64,000 nt of DNA from Methanohalophilus portucalensis (lineage in GTDB: Archaea; Halobacteriota; Methanosarcinia; Methanosarcinales; Methanosarcinaceae): the NCBI RefSeq assembly GCF_002761295.1, contig NZ_CP017881.1, forward strand, positions 347,213-411,212. Reading direction: 5' to 3'. Below the pieces are notes generated by a model. The model saw only the letters and a program-made list of their open reading frames with translations. It was not told where the DNA came from and ran no database searches. Position 1 is the stretch's first letter, and every line of letters starts with the position of its first letter. Position numbers and translations under genes: made by a program. Positions 30,519-39,493 of this stretch are shown here, in pieces.

Positions 30519-31082
30519 TCATTCTTTCATTTCAGATTCAAGTTTCTTGGAGAAACTGTCTTCTTCCGTATCTTCACTGCTGAGTTCTGCCAGAAGTTCT
30601 GACCGAAGGGAATCCTGTGTCTCAGAAAGTTCAGTACCGCCGGCCATTGCTGCATCCATTGAGGAGGTCATCATATTTGTGGCTGTATTGACTTTATCCA
30701 TAGATGTACGGATATTTGTAACCGCAGTTTCCAATTTTGTGTTATCAAACCCAAGCTGTTTCTGCCATTGGCCAAGGTTTTGCCCAATTTCAACGACTTC
30801 ATTGAGACCTGATTCCATTTCTATTACATCAGACATTGATTGGGCCATTTCCACCATGCTGCTTATGGTACTAACCTGCCCTTCGATCATAGAGAACCTG
30901 CGTGAAGCAACTCTATATTCCCGGTCGTTTCCATTTGCAAGGGCTTTTTTAGCTTCATTACGAGCCTGGTCTCTCTTTCTGATCAATTCTTTTTCCCGTG
31001 TTGTCAATCTCTGTTCAGACATTGATAACTTTGTTTTCAAATCATCTGATGACACTTTCTTGAATGGATTTTTGATTTCCAT
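30519..31082 (-). CDS. ESCRT-III/Snf7-like (CdvB-like) coiled-coil protein
   Basis: 187-aa all-helical protein, basic N-half, acidic C-terminus (EEDSFSKKLESEMKE); immediately upstream of the MIT-AAA ATPase. Confidence 0.5.
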   Translation of the reverse strand: MEIKNPFKKVSSDDLKTKLSMSEQRLTTREKELIRKRDQARNEAKKALANGNDREYRVASRRFSMIEGQVSTISSMVEMAQSMSDVIEMESGLNEVVEIGQNLGQWQKQLGFDNTKLETAVTNIRTSMDKVNTATNMMTSSMDAAMAGGTELSETQDSLRSELLAELSSEDTEEDSFSKKLESEMKE

Positions 31083-31285
31083 TATAATTTCTCCTCCATA
31101 TTGTTCTGTTTAGCAAATCTTATACACAGTTTCAGAGCTTCTGATGTATTGATCGCTATCCCCAACTCAACCAAATTTTCCAAATATTTCTTGCTGTCTT
31201 CTGAGACTCTCGCACTTACTGGATATGACTTTCGCATTAGATATTCACCGATACTAAAGTTCGAAACATTCACCATTGTATACAA
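31082..31285 (-). CDS. ribbon-helix-helix (CopG-like) putative regulator
   Basis: 67-aa ORF; PVSARVSED beta-strand plus two helices pattern. Confidence 0.35.
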   Translation of the reverse strand: MYTMVNVSNFSIGEYLMRKSYPVSARVSEDSKKYLENLVELGIAINTSEALKLCIRFAKQNNMEEKL

Positions 31286-31358
31286 TGGAAAACGTTATAT
31301 ATAAGACTTATTCAATATACTGCTAAAGTACTGGATACAATTTAGGGGTTAATTTAAA

Positions 31359-32642
31359 ATGTCATTCAAGTGGAAAGCAACATCAGATGAGATTGCAAGG
31401 GTTATTTCAAAGAAAAACATTGGTGGTATATTTAGTAAATCAATAACAATTTCTCCCAATCAAAAGGCGGCAATAATTAAAAATGGTGTTGTGGAAGAAA
31501 GCGTTAGTAGTGGCAAATTACGAGTTGGAGGGTTACTTAAAGGAGAAATCAACAAAGATGTTGATATTGCATTGATGGACATATCTCCCAAAGATCTGCA
31601 GTGGGCTAGTAGTGAGATGTGGACTTCTGATAATCAGAAAATTAGCTGTAAAGGCCTTTTGAGATTCAAAATACACGATGAACAGAAATTCTTCCAGATG
31701 CTTTTTGCCTATACAACACCCGGAAATAATGGGGAGAGAAAGTTATCTGTACAGGATATATACAATCGTCTTGAAAGTGAAACTATCACACGTGTTCTTC
31801 AGCCCGAAATCAGGAACATTGGCATAGAAAACATTTACGGAAATCGGGAGATGCAGCTTCGTTTGGAAAATGAACTGGAGATGCAGCTAAAATCTACCTT
31901 CGCAATGTGGGGCCTTGAACTTATACGTTATTCAGTGGAATGGGACCTTGGAACCTATGAACAGGTGATGCAGGCCTCAAATGAGTTGCATACAAATGAG
32001 GAACTCAAAGAACTTGAAACATTATCTAAGGAAGGAGATATTGAACGCCAATCACGTGAACAGATTGCACAAACAAGGGCAAATTTTGCTCCAGAATCTG
32101 TAATAAGGGATCATGAAAGGAATGAAGGTATAAAACAGGTAAAACATTCGGCTGCTATATCCCAGATAGAGAGTGAATCAGATGCTTTGGAAGCAAAACA
32201 GGCAATTGATACATTCAGAGCCTGGAAAGAAACTAAAAAAGATTTGAAAAGAGCAGATCTTGAAATCGAAGAGGACATGGAAGACCGCAGGCATTACCGT
32301 GATAAAGATTATCTGAACAATATAATGGATAAAGGTGGTGCGGATACTGCCAAGATAATCGCTCAGGGCAGAGAGTTTGGTTCTATGTCAGCTGAACAGA
32401 TTGAAGCCCTTGCAAAAATACAGGAAGCTGAGGCTAATAAAAACGATGATCGAATCAAGTTCATGATGGATGTTGAGGACCGGGAACGTGCAGATGCCTA
32501 CAGGCATAAGGAACTTGATGCAGCAATGATGGGTGCTGCCCAGAATAATGTTTCACCGGGTGCTCGTAAATGTCCAAACTGCGGAAGTGTAATTGCTGCA
32601 GAGGCCAATTTCTGTGGTCAATGTGGGTCTAAGATGAAATGA
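31359..32642 (+). CDS. SPFH/band-7 domain protein with C-terminal zinc ribbon
   Basis: SPFH-like core (LQPEIRNIGIE...ELEMQL..GLELIRYSVEWD); long coiled coil; C-terminal CPNCG...CGQCG. Confidence 0.55.
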   Translation: MSFKWKATSDEIARVISKKNIGGIFSKSITISPNQKAAIIKNGVVEESVSSGKLRVGGLLKGEINKDVDIALMDISPKDLQWASSEMWTSDNQKISCKGLLRFKIHDEQKFFQMLFAYTTPGNNGERKLSVQDIYNRLESETITRVLQPEIRNIGIENIYGNREMQLRLENELEMQLKSTFAMWGLELIRYSVEWDLGTYEQVMQASNELHTNEELKELETLSKEGDIERQSREQIAQTRANFAPESVIRDHERNEGIKQVKHSAAISQIESESDALEAKQAIDTFRAWKETKKDLKRADLEIEEDMEDRRHYRDKDYLNNIMDKGGADTAKIIAQGREFGSMSAEQIEALAKIQEAEANKNDDRIKFMMDVEDRERADAYRHKELDAAMMGAAQNNVSPGARKCPNCGSVIAAEANFCGQCGSKMK

Positions 32643-32775
32643 ATTTTTATATTATGTCTTTTTTTCAGGAGTAAAATAAAAATATAGAAGACACATCTAT
32701 GTATAAATTATATGGTAACAAAATATATTGTCTCCAGTTGGGTTTTATATGAAATGGGATGAATTTATTCAACAT

Positions 32776-35343
32776 ATGAGTAGAGTAATGTTTATCTTAC
32801 TCTTTTTTTTCGTATTGACAGGCTTTTTCAGTTCAACTGCATCTGCTGAAAGCGTTACATTTTCAGACATGGGTATATCTTCTCAGTTTACTTCAGGAGA
32901 TGAGGGTACCACACCAACCGGGACATTTCATATAGATTCAGTAAATCAGCAGGCCGAAATCACTGTAGATACTTATCGTCCTTCTTATGCTTCAATAGTA
33001 ACAATTTATGTAAATGACGCACCAGTGAAATCTGCATCTGTTAGTGATGAAGAAACAGTTTCGGTTACATTATCATCTGATAATTTGAAAACTGGTGAAA
33101 ATACCATATTTATTAAAGCAGTTGCAGATTTCGGAAATTTTGACAGTGGAAATGATATGGTTATCTACGGAACTTCAAAAATAACCATATCTGAGGATAA
33201 TACAAATGCATATGAATCTACTGAAAGCGTTAGTTTTTCAGATATGGGTATATCTTCCCAATTTACTTCAGGAGACGAAGGTACTACACCAACAGGTACA
33301 TTTCATATTGATTCAGTAAATCAGCAGGCCGAAATCACTGTAGACACTTATCGTCCTTCTTATGCTTCAATAGTAACAATTTATGTAAATGACGCACCAG
33401 TGAAATCTGCATCTGTTAGTGATGAAGAAACAGTTTCGGTTACATTATCATCTGATAATTTGAAAACTGGTGAAAATACCATATTTATTAAAGCAGTTGC
33501 AGATTTCGGAAATTTTGACAGTGGAAATAATATGGTTATCTACGGAACTTCAAAAATAACCATATCTGAAGAAGTTATTCAAGAAAACGTCGATTCCACT
33601 TCTCAATCGGATACAGAGGATTCAGGTGTAGATTCTACCTACACAAATTCTAACTCAAATAAGGATATAACAAATGTTGAATCCTCAAGTTCTGATACAG
33701 AAGAAGGGACTGTCGATGATACATCTCAAACTACAAATTCTGAAGAAGAAAGTAAAGATTCGACTACTGGTAGTTCTGAAGTCGAAGATGATACCACTGT
33801 TCATAAATCAGAAAATTCAAATACATATGAAGAAAGTAATTCAAACTATATTTATGAAACAGAAAATAAAAATAATGAAAATGAATCAAATGATGGTTTC
33901 CCTATTTCTGGGATATTATTCTTAATGTTAATAATCGGTGGGGTTCTTGTTGCTAAAAAGAACAATAATTCTTCTCAAAAAAATAATGATCAAAGTCCCC
34001 CAATGAAAGATTCTTTTAATTCCGTAAGTAAATCAGATTCATTTTATGCAGGACAACAAGCTACAGCTGCAACAAAAGAAAAAGGAATTATTATAAAATC
34101 GGCGTATAATTACGAAGGCGCAAAAATCATTTATAAACTAAGTATCAAAAATTCTACAACGGATGCAATTAGTGATATAAAAATTTCTCTTTTTGTACCA
34201 GATGTATTTCTTATAAATGAGACACACAAATTAATTTCTTTACTAGAACCAAACGATAAAAAAAGTGCCACATTTGAAATAAGACCGACTGGTGAATGTG
34301 GAGATTGCAACATTTCGGGTAATATCAATTATTACGACCATAGTCAGAAAAAACGTCAATATATGGATATCGAAACAAAATCTCTCAGTATTGTATGCCC
34401 TATGTTGAGAAATAAGGATATAACTAAAACAGAATGGAGAACTGTGATTAATTACTTGGTAAGTACAGAAGAAACAACAAAAGAAATCGATATACCGGCT
34501 GAGACACTCTTAGACATGGTATCGCGGATTGTTGAAGATATGAATATGTTCATGCTTGAACCAGAAATAAGTTCCACTCCAAATATGTTCAATGGTGTTG
34601 CAAGATTCTATGCTGAAGGAGTGAAAGACCTGAAATATGCTGCACAGATAGAGGTCGTGGGTGGTTCTAAGAAATCCAAACTCATCTTGAAAGCCTGGGC
34701 TGAAAAAGAGGAAGCATTAACAGGTTTCTATCATGGTATTTTAGATGAACTTGAAAAGCGTACTCAAATAAAAGGAAGTATCAACGAAAACATCATTCAG
34801 AACTATTACCATTATGGAGATAAAGTTGATACAAAAATAAATGATTCACTTATACAAAGATCATTTAATAAAGATGTTCATGGTTCAATATCAGATGATA
34901 AAGATGAATATCAAACGGCTTCACCAATTGAAGATTATAAGATAAAATCTGAGTCATATGATGAATTCAATTACGATGGAGTTTACACATACCTTGTAAA
35001 TATTGCCCAAAAAGCCTGTGATCATAGGTCTAAAATCCTTAATAATCTGGACGTTCCCTCTTATCGAAAATCTCTCTACGAAAAAGGTATTATTGTTACC
35101 TATGGAGATGTTCTGAAACAATTTGGGAAAATTCCTAACAATCCTTCACATCAACAACAATTGTATCCAATACTTGATGAAATCAATAAAAACAATAAAC
35201 CGATATTGCTGTCAGCACTTGTAGTAAACAAAGAGGAATACCTTCCTAGTGAACAATTTTTCAAAAAATGGACAAACAATTCGTGGGAATCGGAATTAGA
35301 AAAAATCTGGGATTCTTACTGCGATGAAAATGGTGGCTTTTAA
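32776..35343 (+). CDS. single-pass TM protein of the island paralog family (copy B) with tandem-repeat extracellular N-domain
   Basis: signal peptide; two 125-aa tandem repeats; S/T/D/E-rich linker; TM helix; cytoplasmic module shared with copies A and C (EIRPTGECGDC...IVCP; NDSLIQRS). Confidence 0.6.
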   Translation: MSRVMFILLFFFVLTGFFSSTASAESVTFSDMGISSQFTSGDEGTTPTGTFHIDSVNQQAEITVDTYRPSYASIVTIYVNDAPVKSASVSDEETVSVTLSSDNLKTGENTIFIKAVADFGNFDSGNDMVIYGTSKITISEDNTNAYESTESVSFSDMGISSQFTSGDEGTTPTGTFHIDSVNQQAEITVDTYRPSYASIVTIYVNDAPVKSASVSDEETVSVTLSSDNLKTGENTIFIKAVADFGNFDSGNNMVIYGTSKITISEEVIQENVDSTSQSDTEDSGVDSTYTNSNSNKDITNVESSSSDTEEGTVDDTSQTTNSEEESKDSTTGSSEVEDDTTVHKSENSNTYEESNSNYIYETENKNNENESNDGFPISGILFLMLIIGGVLVAKKNNNSSQKNNDQSPPMKDSFNSVSKSDSFYAGQQATAATKEKGIIIKSAYNYEGAKIIYKLSIKNSTTDAISDIKISLFVPDVFLINETHKLISLLEPNDKKSATFEIRPTGECGDCNISGNINYYDHSQKKRQYMDIETKSLSIVCPMLRNKDITKTEWRTVINYLVSTEETTKEIDIPAETLLDMVSRIVEDMNMFMLEPEISSTPNMFNGVARFYAEGVKDLKYAAQIEVVGGSKKSKLILKAWAEKEEALTGFYHGILDELEKRTQIKGSINENIIQNYYHYGDKVDTKINDSLIQRSFNKDVHGSISDDKDEYQTASPIEDYKIKSESYDEFNYDGVYTYLVNIAQKACDHRSKILNNLDVPSYRKSLYEKGIIVTYGDVLKQFGKIPNNPSHQQQLYPILDEINKNNKPILLSALVVNKEEYLPSEQFFKKWTNNSWESELEKIWDSYCDENGGF
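32848..33597 (+). repeat. 375-bp direct tandem repeat, 2 copies, in frame within the 32776 gene
   Basis: copies start at 32848 and 33223; last ~270 bp nearly identical, first ~100 bp carry ~12 substitutions. Confidence 0.8.
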
Positions 35344-35842
35344 TACACTTTAGATGAAAGTTATAGTTTGATGCGGATATGATGGGAGCTGCACAATTCC
35401 GTAGTAGCCCTGTTTCAAGAATTGTCTCGGTTGCGGCACCAAAGTACCCATTGGAGCACATTTTTGTGGCCATTGCGGGACCAAACTTGACTGAGAATCT
35501 AAAACTGAAGATACGTAAATAGATGATGGGAAATTAAGGAAAATGTTCAATAAATTAGCCGAAAATAATTGCTTTAAAAAAGCAGCAGTTAATCGTAATT
35601 CTCCCTGCTTCATTATCCATTTTTTATTTTTCAATGAAAATATACTATATTAGGTGTAAATTTATTCGTAAAAATTAGACCATATGAAAATTAATTATTT
35701 TTCACTACAGACCAAAAGAAAGCCCATAAATACAATGATTATATTATTTGTTTAAACTGGAATTTATTTTAAATCTGGTCTAAATAACGGCTTAAAAATA
35801 AGATTGCAATATCATCCATTCCATTGTCTAGGAGATATAAGT

Positions 35843-38152
35843 ATGACAAAAGAACAGCAGCCGATTGCAGTGGATGAAGCTTATATAATTCGAGATAATC
35901 AGTTTTGGTATAATGACTGCTCATTTGCTGATTTTGTGAGAGATAAAGCAGCCATTGTTGTAAATATAAGTGGTCTTGGGATACGCACTCTTGAGCATGC
36001 TGAACGAGGAATCGATGGACGTTTAACATCCTCATATAAAATCCCACCTGTTGATCAGAGATGGTGGAAAGCACATCGTGGTGAAGCTGTTCGACTGGAG
36101 TTACTAAGTATTGAAAATGAAGGGGTGAAACCATCCACATTTCCTCTTCATGTTGCCAGAGAAACTGAATTTTACCAAGGTTACATCCGTTTCAAGATGT
36201 CCGTGACCAATAAGAGCTCCAGCCTTATTGCAGACGTAGTTCTTGATTTTACTTTTGATGAAAAACTCTTGAATATTGCCGATTATGGTGAATATCCTGT
36301 GAAGAACGGGAAAATCATATTGGGAAATATCTATGGAGGCAAATCTAAGTCAATTGCCATTCTTTTCGACCCATTGACCTGTACCAAAGCTGCAGATATT
36401 AACTGTCATATTATTTATGCAGACCATGAAGGCAGAATGTCTTCAACCTTCATGAAGCCTAAAGAAATCAGTGTGATCTGCCCCATCATGAAGACTGAAT
36501 CCGATATTAATATCGGAAGACTCAAGGAGTTCATTGCGAATCTTCCAACAAAGGACAGTCGTGTTTACGAAATTAAGAGTGGATTCAACATCGACAAATT
36601 AACTTCTCTTGCTCGGGAAGTCGTGGAAAAGTATGATGTTCGCCATGTTCGTAATCTCCACACACGTGATGGAAAAATCTGTGAGATCTGGTATTATGGA
36701 AACACAAAAGTTACAAAAGATGCAATCGTCATCAAAATCTCTGTTTCCACGGAATATTCTACGATGGAACTGTTTGCTGCCACTAGAAATGCAGAAACAC
36801 TCACTGGTCTACTTGCTGAAATTGGTCGTGATCTGAAAAATGCAGTTGAATCAAAAACAAGTGGTAAAGGCGGGATTATTAATGTCACCATAAAGGATTC
36901 GATTGTTCAACGCAGTAATTTGCTGGATATGTGCGACATTGATGGCACATGTGACGTTAACATTGTCATCGAGGATTCCGTAGTCGAACGCACTAGCATT
37001 GCCACAGTGAATGAAGAAGTAAAGCATCTTCACAGGGAAAAAGAAGAACTTGAGTGGCAAAGAAGAGAGGTTGAGAAGAGAAAAGTTCAGGAAACTGCTC
37101 GTCTGAAAATACCCGAAGAAAAGGAGATCACGATAAAGGATGCAAAAAGAAAGCGCACGCATTCTGCTTATTCATCTCAAAAAGTAAAATCTTCATCCCA
37201 TTCAACACAACTACAAAGCCTGTCTCCCCAAAAAAAGTCAGGCAAAAAAGTGTTGATATCTTTATTGTTCATACTTTTGCTCGGTGGCCTCTGGATGGGG
37301 CTAGGTGGCAGTGAAAATTCAACTACAATAAATTCACAAAATATGGATGATTTGGATGTGGTTTCTTTTACGAACACAGTAGAATCTGATGAAGATTCGA
37401 CTTCTTCCAGTTTGGAAAATGCGGGTAATGAGCATAATACGATTTCATATGATGTTGCGGATTTTAAAACCTACACCAACTCCATAGGCATGGAATTCGT
37501 GCTCATTCCTGCAGGTGAATTTATGATGGGTTCTCCTGAAGATGAAGAGGGACGAGAAAATAATGAAGGCCCAATTCATAAAGTGACCATCGAGAAAGCT
37601 TACTATCTTGGTAAATACGAAATAACTCGAGAACAATGGTTTGAAGTTATGGGTGATACTTCTTCGAATATTAGTAAACCCAATTACCCAATAGTAGATA
37701 TTTCATGGTATGAGGTTCAAAATTTCATTAAAAAATTAAATGAAAAAGAAGAAACAAACAGGTACCGTCTCCCTACAGAGGCAGAATGGGAGTATGCATG
37801 TAGGGCTAATACAAAAACTAAGTACTATTTTGGAGATGATGAAAATAAACTTTCAGGGTATACTGAATTATTGGGAGGAAGATATCAAGTTGGAAGAAAA
37901 AAACCTAATCCATGGGGGTTGTACGATATGCATGGCAATGTTTGGGAGTGGGTACAAGATGATTATCATAAAAATTATGTAAATGCTCCAAATAGTACTA
38001 TTGCTTGGAAAAGTAAAAATAGTAATTTCAAAGTGATACGTGGTGGTGCTAGTGGCCTATTGCCCAACCATTATAGGTCTGCAGTACGTACTGGTGAGAA
38101 AAGCGGCTCAAATTATTGCAATTTAGGATTTCGACTTGTTATGGAGTCGTGA
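35843..38152 (+). CDS. single-pass TM protein of the island paralog family (copy A) with C-terminal extracellular FGE-sulfatase (SUMF1-like) domain
   Basis: GGAG RBS 8 nt upstream of ATG 35843; shared module (CPIMK; IKDSIVQRSNL; IEDSVVERTSI); TM at LISLLFILLLGGLWMGL; FGE motifs RLPTEAEWEYA, HGNVWEW, RGGAS. Confidence 0.65.
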   Translation: MTKEQQPIAVDEAYIIRDNQFWYNDCSFADFVRDKAAIVVNISGLGIRTLEHAERGIDGRLTSSYKIPPVDQRWWKAHRGEAVRLELLSIENEGVKPSTFPLHVARETEFYQGYIRFKMSVTNKSSSLIADVVLDFTFDEKLLNIADYGEYPVKNGKIILGNIYGGKSKSIAILFDPLTCTKAADINCHIIYADHEGRMSSTFMKPKEISVICPIMKTESDINIGRLKEFIANLPTKDSRVYEIKSGFNIDKLTSLAREVVEKYDVRHVRNLHTRDGKICEIWYYGNTKVTKDAIVIKISVSTEYSTMELFAATRNAETLTGLLAEIGRDLKNAVESKTSGKGGIINVTIKDSIVQRSNLLDMCDIDGTCDVNIVIEDSVVERTSIATVNEEVKHLHREKEELEWQRREVEKRKVQETARLKIPEEKEITIKDAKRKRTHSAYSSQKVKSSSHSTQLQSLSPQKKSGKKVLISLLFILLLGGLWMGLGGSENSTTINSQNMDDLDVVSFTNTVESDEDSTSSSLENAGNEHNTISYDVADFKTYTNSIGMEFVLIPAGEFMMGSPEDEEGRENNEGPIHKVTIEKAYYLGKYEITREQWFEVMGDTSSNISKPNYPIVDISWYEVQNFIKKLNEKEETNRYRLPTEAEWEYACRANTKTKYYFGDDENKLSGYTELLGGRYQVGRKKPNPWGLYDMHGNVWEWVQDDYHKNYVNAPNSTIAWKSKNSNFKVIRGGASGLLPNHYRSAVRTGEKSGSNYCNLGFRLVMES

Positions 38153-38642
38153 TTGATATTTATAGTTTTAATTACAGTGGCAACATCAATCATTTTCTGA
38201 AAATAAAAAAATGGTAGATTTATTCAACCAGAGTTAGTTTTAATTATTTCTGGAATCTTGTGAATAAAGTTCTTGATTATATCATCCTATCCTTTGACAC
38301 AAAATTTACTAACAAGTGATTAATTTATAAATAATGGTCAAATGCACCGACGATTAAGCACTTTTATTTGCTTCTTCATTCTGTGAGTCAAAAATTCAGG
38401 GGAGTGTGTAGACAAGATAATTTTCAATAACATCCCTTATCTGCTACTCTAGTATAAATTTACCATAATGAGTGAACAAGAAGGTCATTATTCAAAGCTA
38501 TAATTTCATTTCGTTCATTAAGGATATTTGCATATTCATCTTTGTGGAATTCATCACCATCTTTTTCAAAGAGCATCCCTTCAATTAAGTAGACTTTTTC
38601 GTGTAAAAAACCAAAAATGTTTATAACCCACATCTATATATT

Positions 38643-38891
38643 ATGAAAATGCGCGTTTGTCAAAATTGTGAAAAACACGTGGGTTCAAACGGATTTTGTA
38701 CCGACTGTATGTCATATGATTATGTTAAAAGTGTGTGTAGACCAAAACCAAAGAAGATTTTTAAACCAAAAAATAAACCCAAAAAACCCAAAGAATCAGC
38801 AGAAGCACATTTTAAAAGAACTGAACGTTTAATAGAGGAAGCAGAAATCCTTTTAAGAAAATCTGAGGCACAAAGAAAATCATCAAAATAA
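38643..38891 (+). CDS. small zinc-ribbon protein with Lys/Pro-rich tail
   Basis: CQNC...CTDC followed by KPKKIFKPKNKPKKPK. Confidence 0.3.
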   Translation: MKMRVCQNCEKHVGSNGFCTDCMSYDYVKSVCRPKPKKIFKPKNKPKKPKESAEAHFKRTERLIEEAEILLRKSEAQRKSSK

Positions 38892-39493
38892 CAGAAGACA
38901 ATCTTTGTAACCTTTCTGTTATACATCAATTCCAAAATGGAACGAAATGGTTTACATTTAATCATTTCAATTTCGAATATTATTGTCATCTGCAAACATC
39001 AAAATTTCATATTCCAATTTCATTTTGAAGTAATATAGATATTTTATTGGTATTGATACGCTCTATAGATGATATTTTCTGTTCAAATAAGGAAAATCAA
39101 TTTTGGCTCTAATATTAATAAAAAAGTATAATCCAAAATATTTATCATGTTTGATAAATAGACATCAGCTGATATTATTCAAAAAAGTGATCGACATGGA
39201 AATTGATTTTGGAAATCGAAAACATATTCTTTGCAAATATACATATCTTGAAAACCATCCAGATACAGTATTTGATGAATTGATTTATGCAGATAATTAT
39301 CATTTTCTCCTATGATAAGAAACAACTTTTAACATTTGCACAAATTTAAAAATTGATACATATGAACTCAGTGTCTCTAATCCATCTAACAATAAAAAAT
39401 AGCAGCAGTTGATGAGCTAAAACAATCACTATTACACCAGGTATTAATGGAAAACAAATGGACATGTTGAAAGTATAATCAAGGAGAAAACAA

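Noticed and set aside
39103-39315. 70-aa ORF in the AT-rich region upstream of the GmrSD-like gene
   Set aside because: The composition is AT-biased with Ile/Lys/Asn-rich translation and no supporting signal. It is likely spurious.
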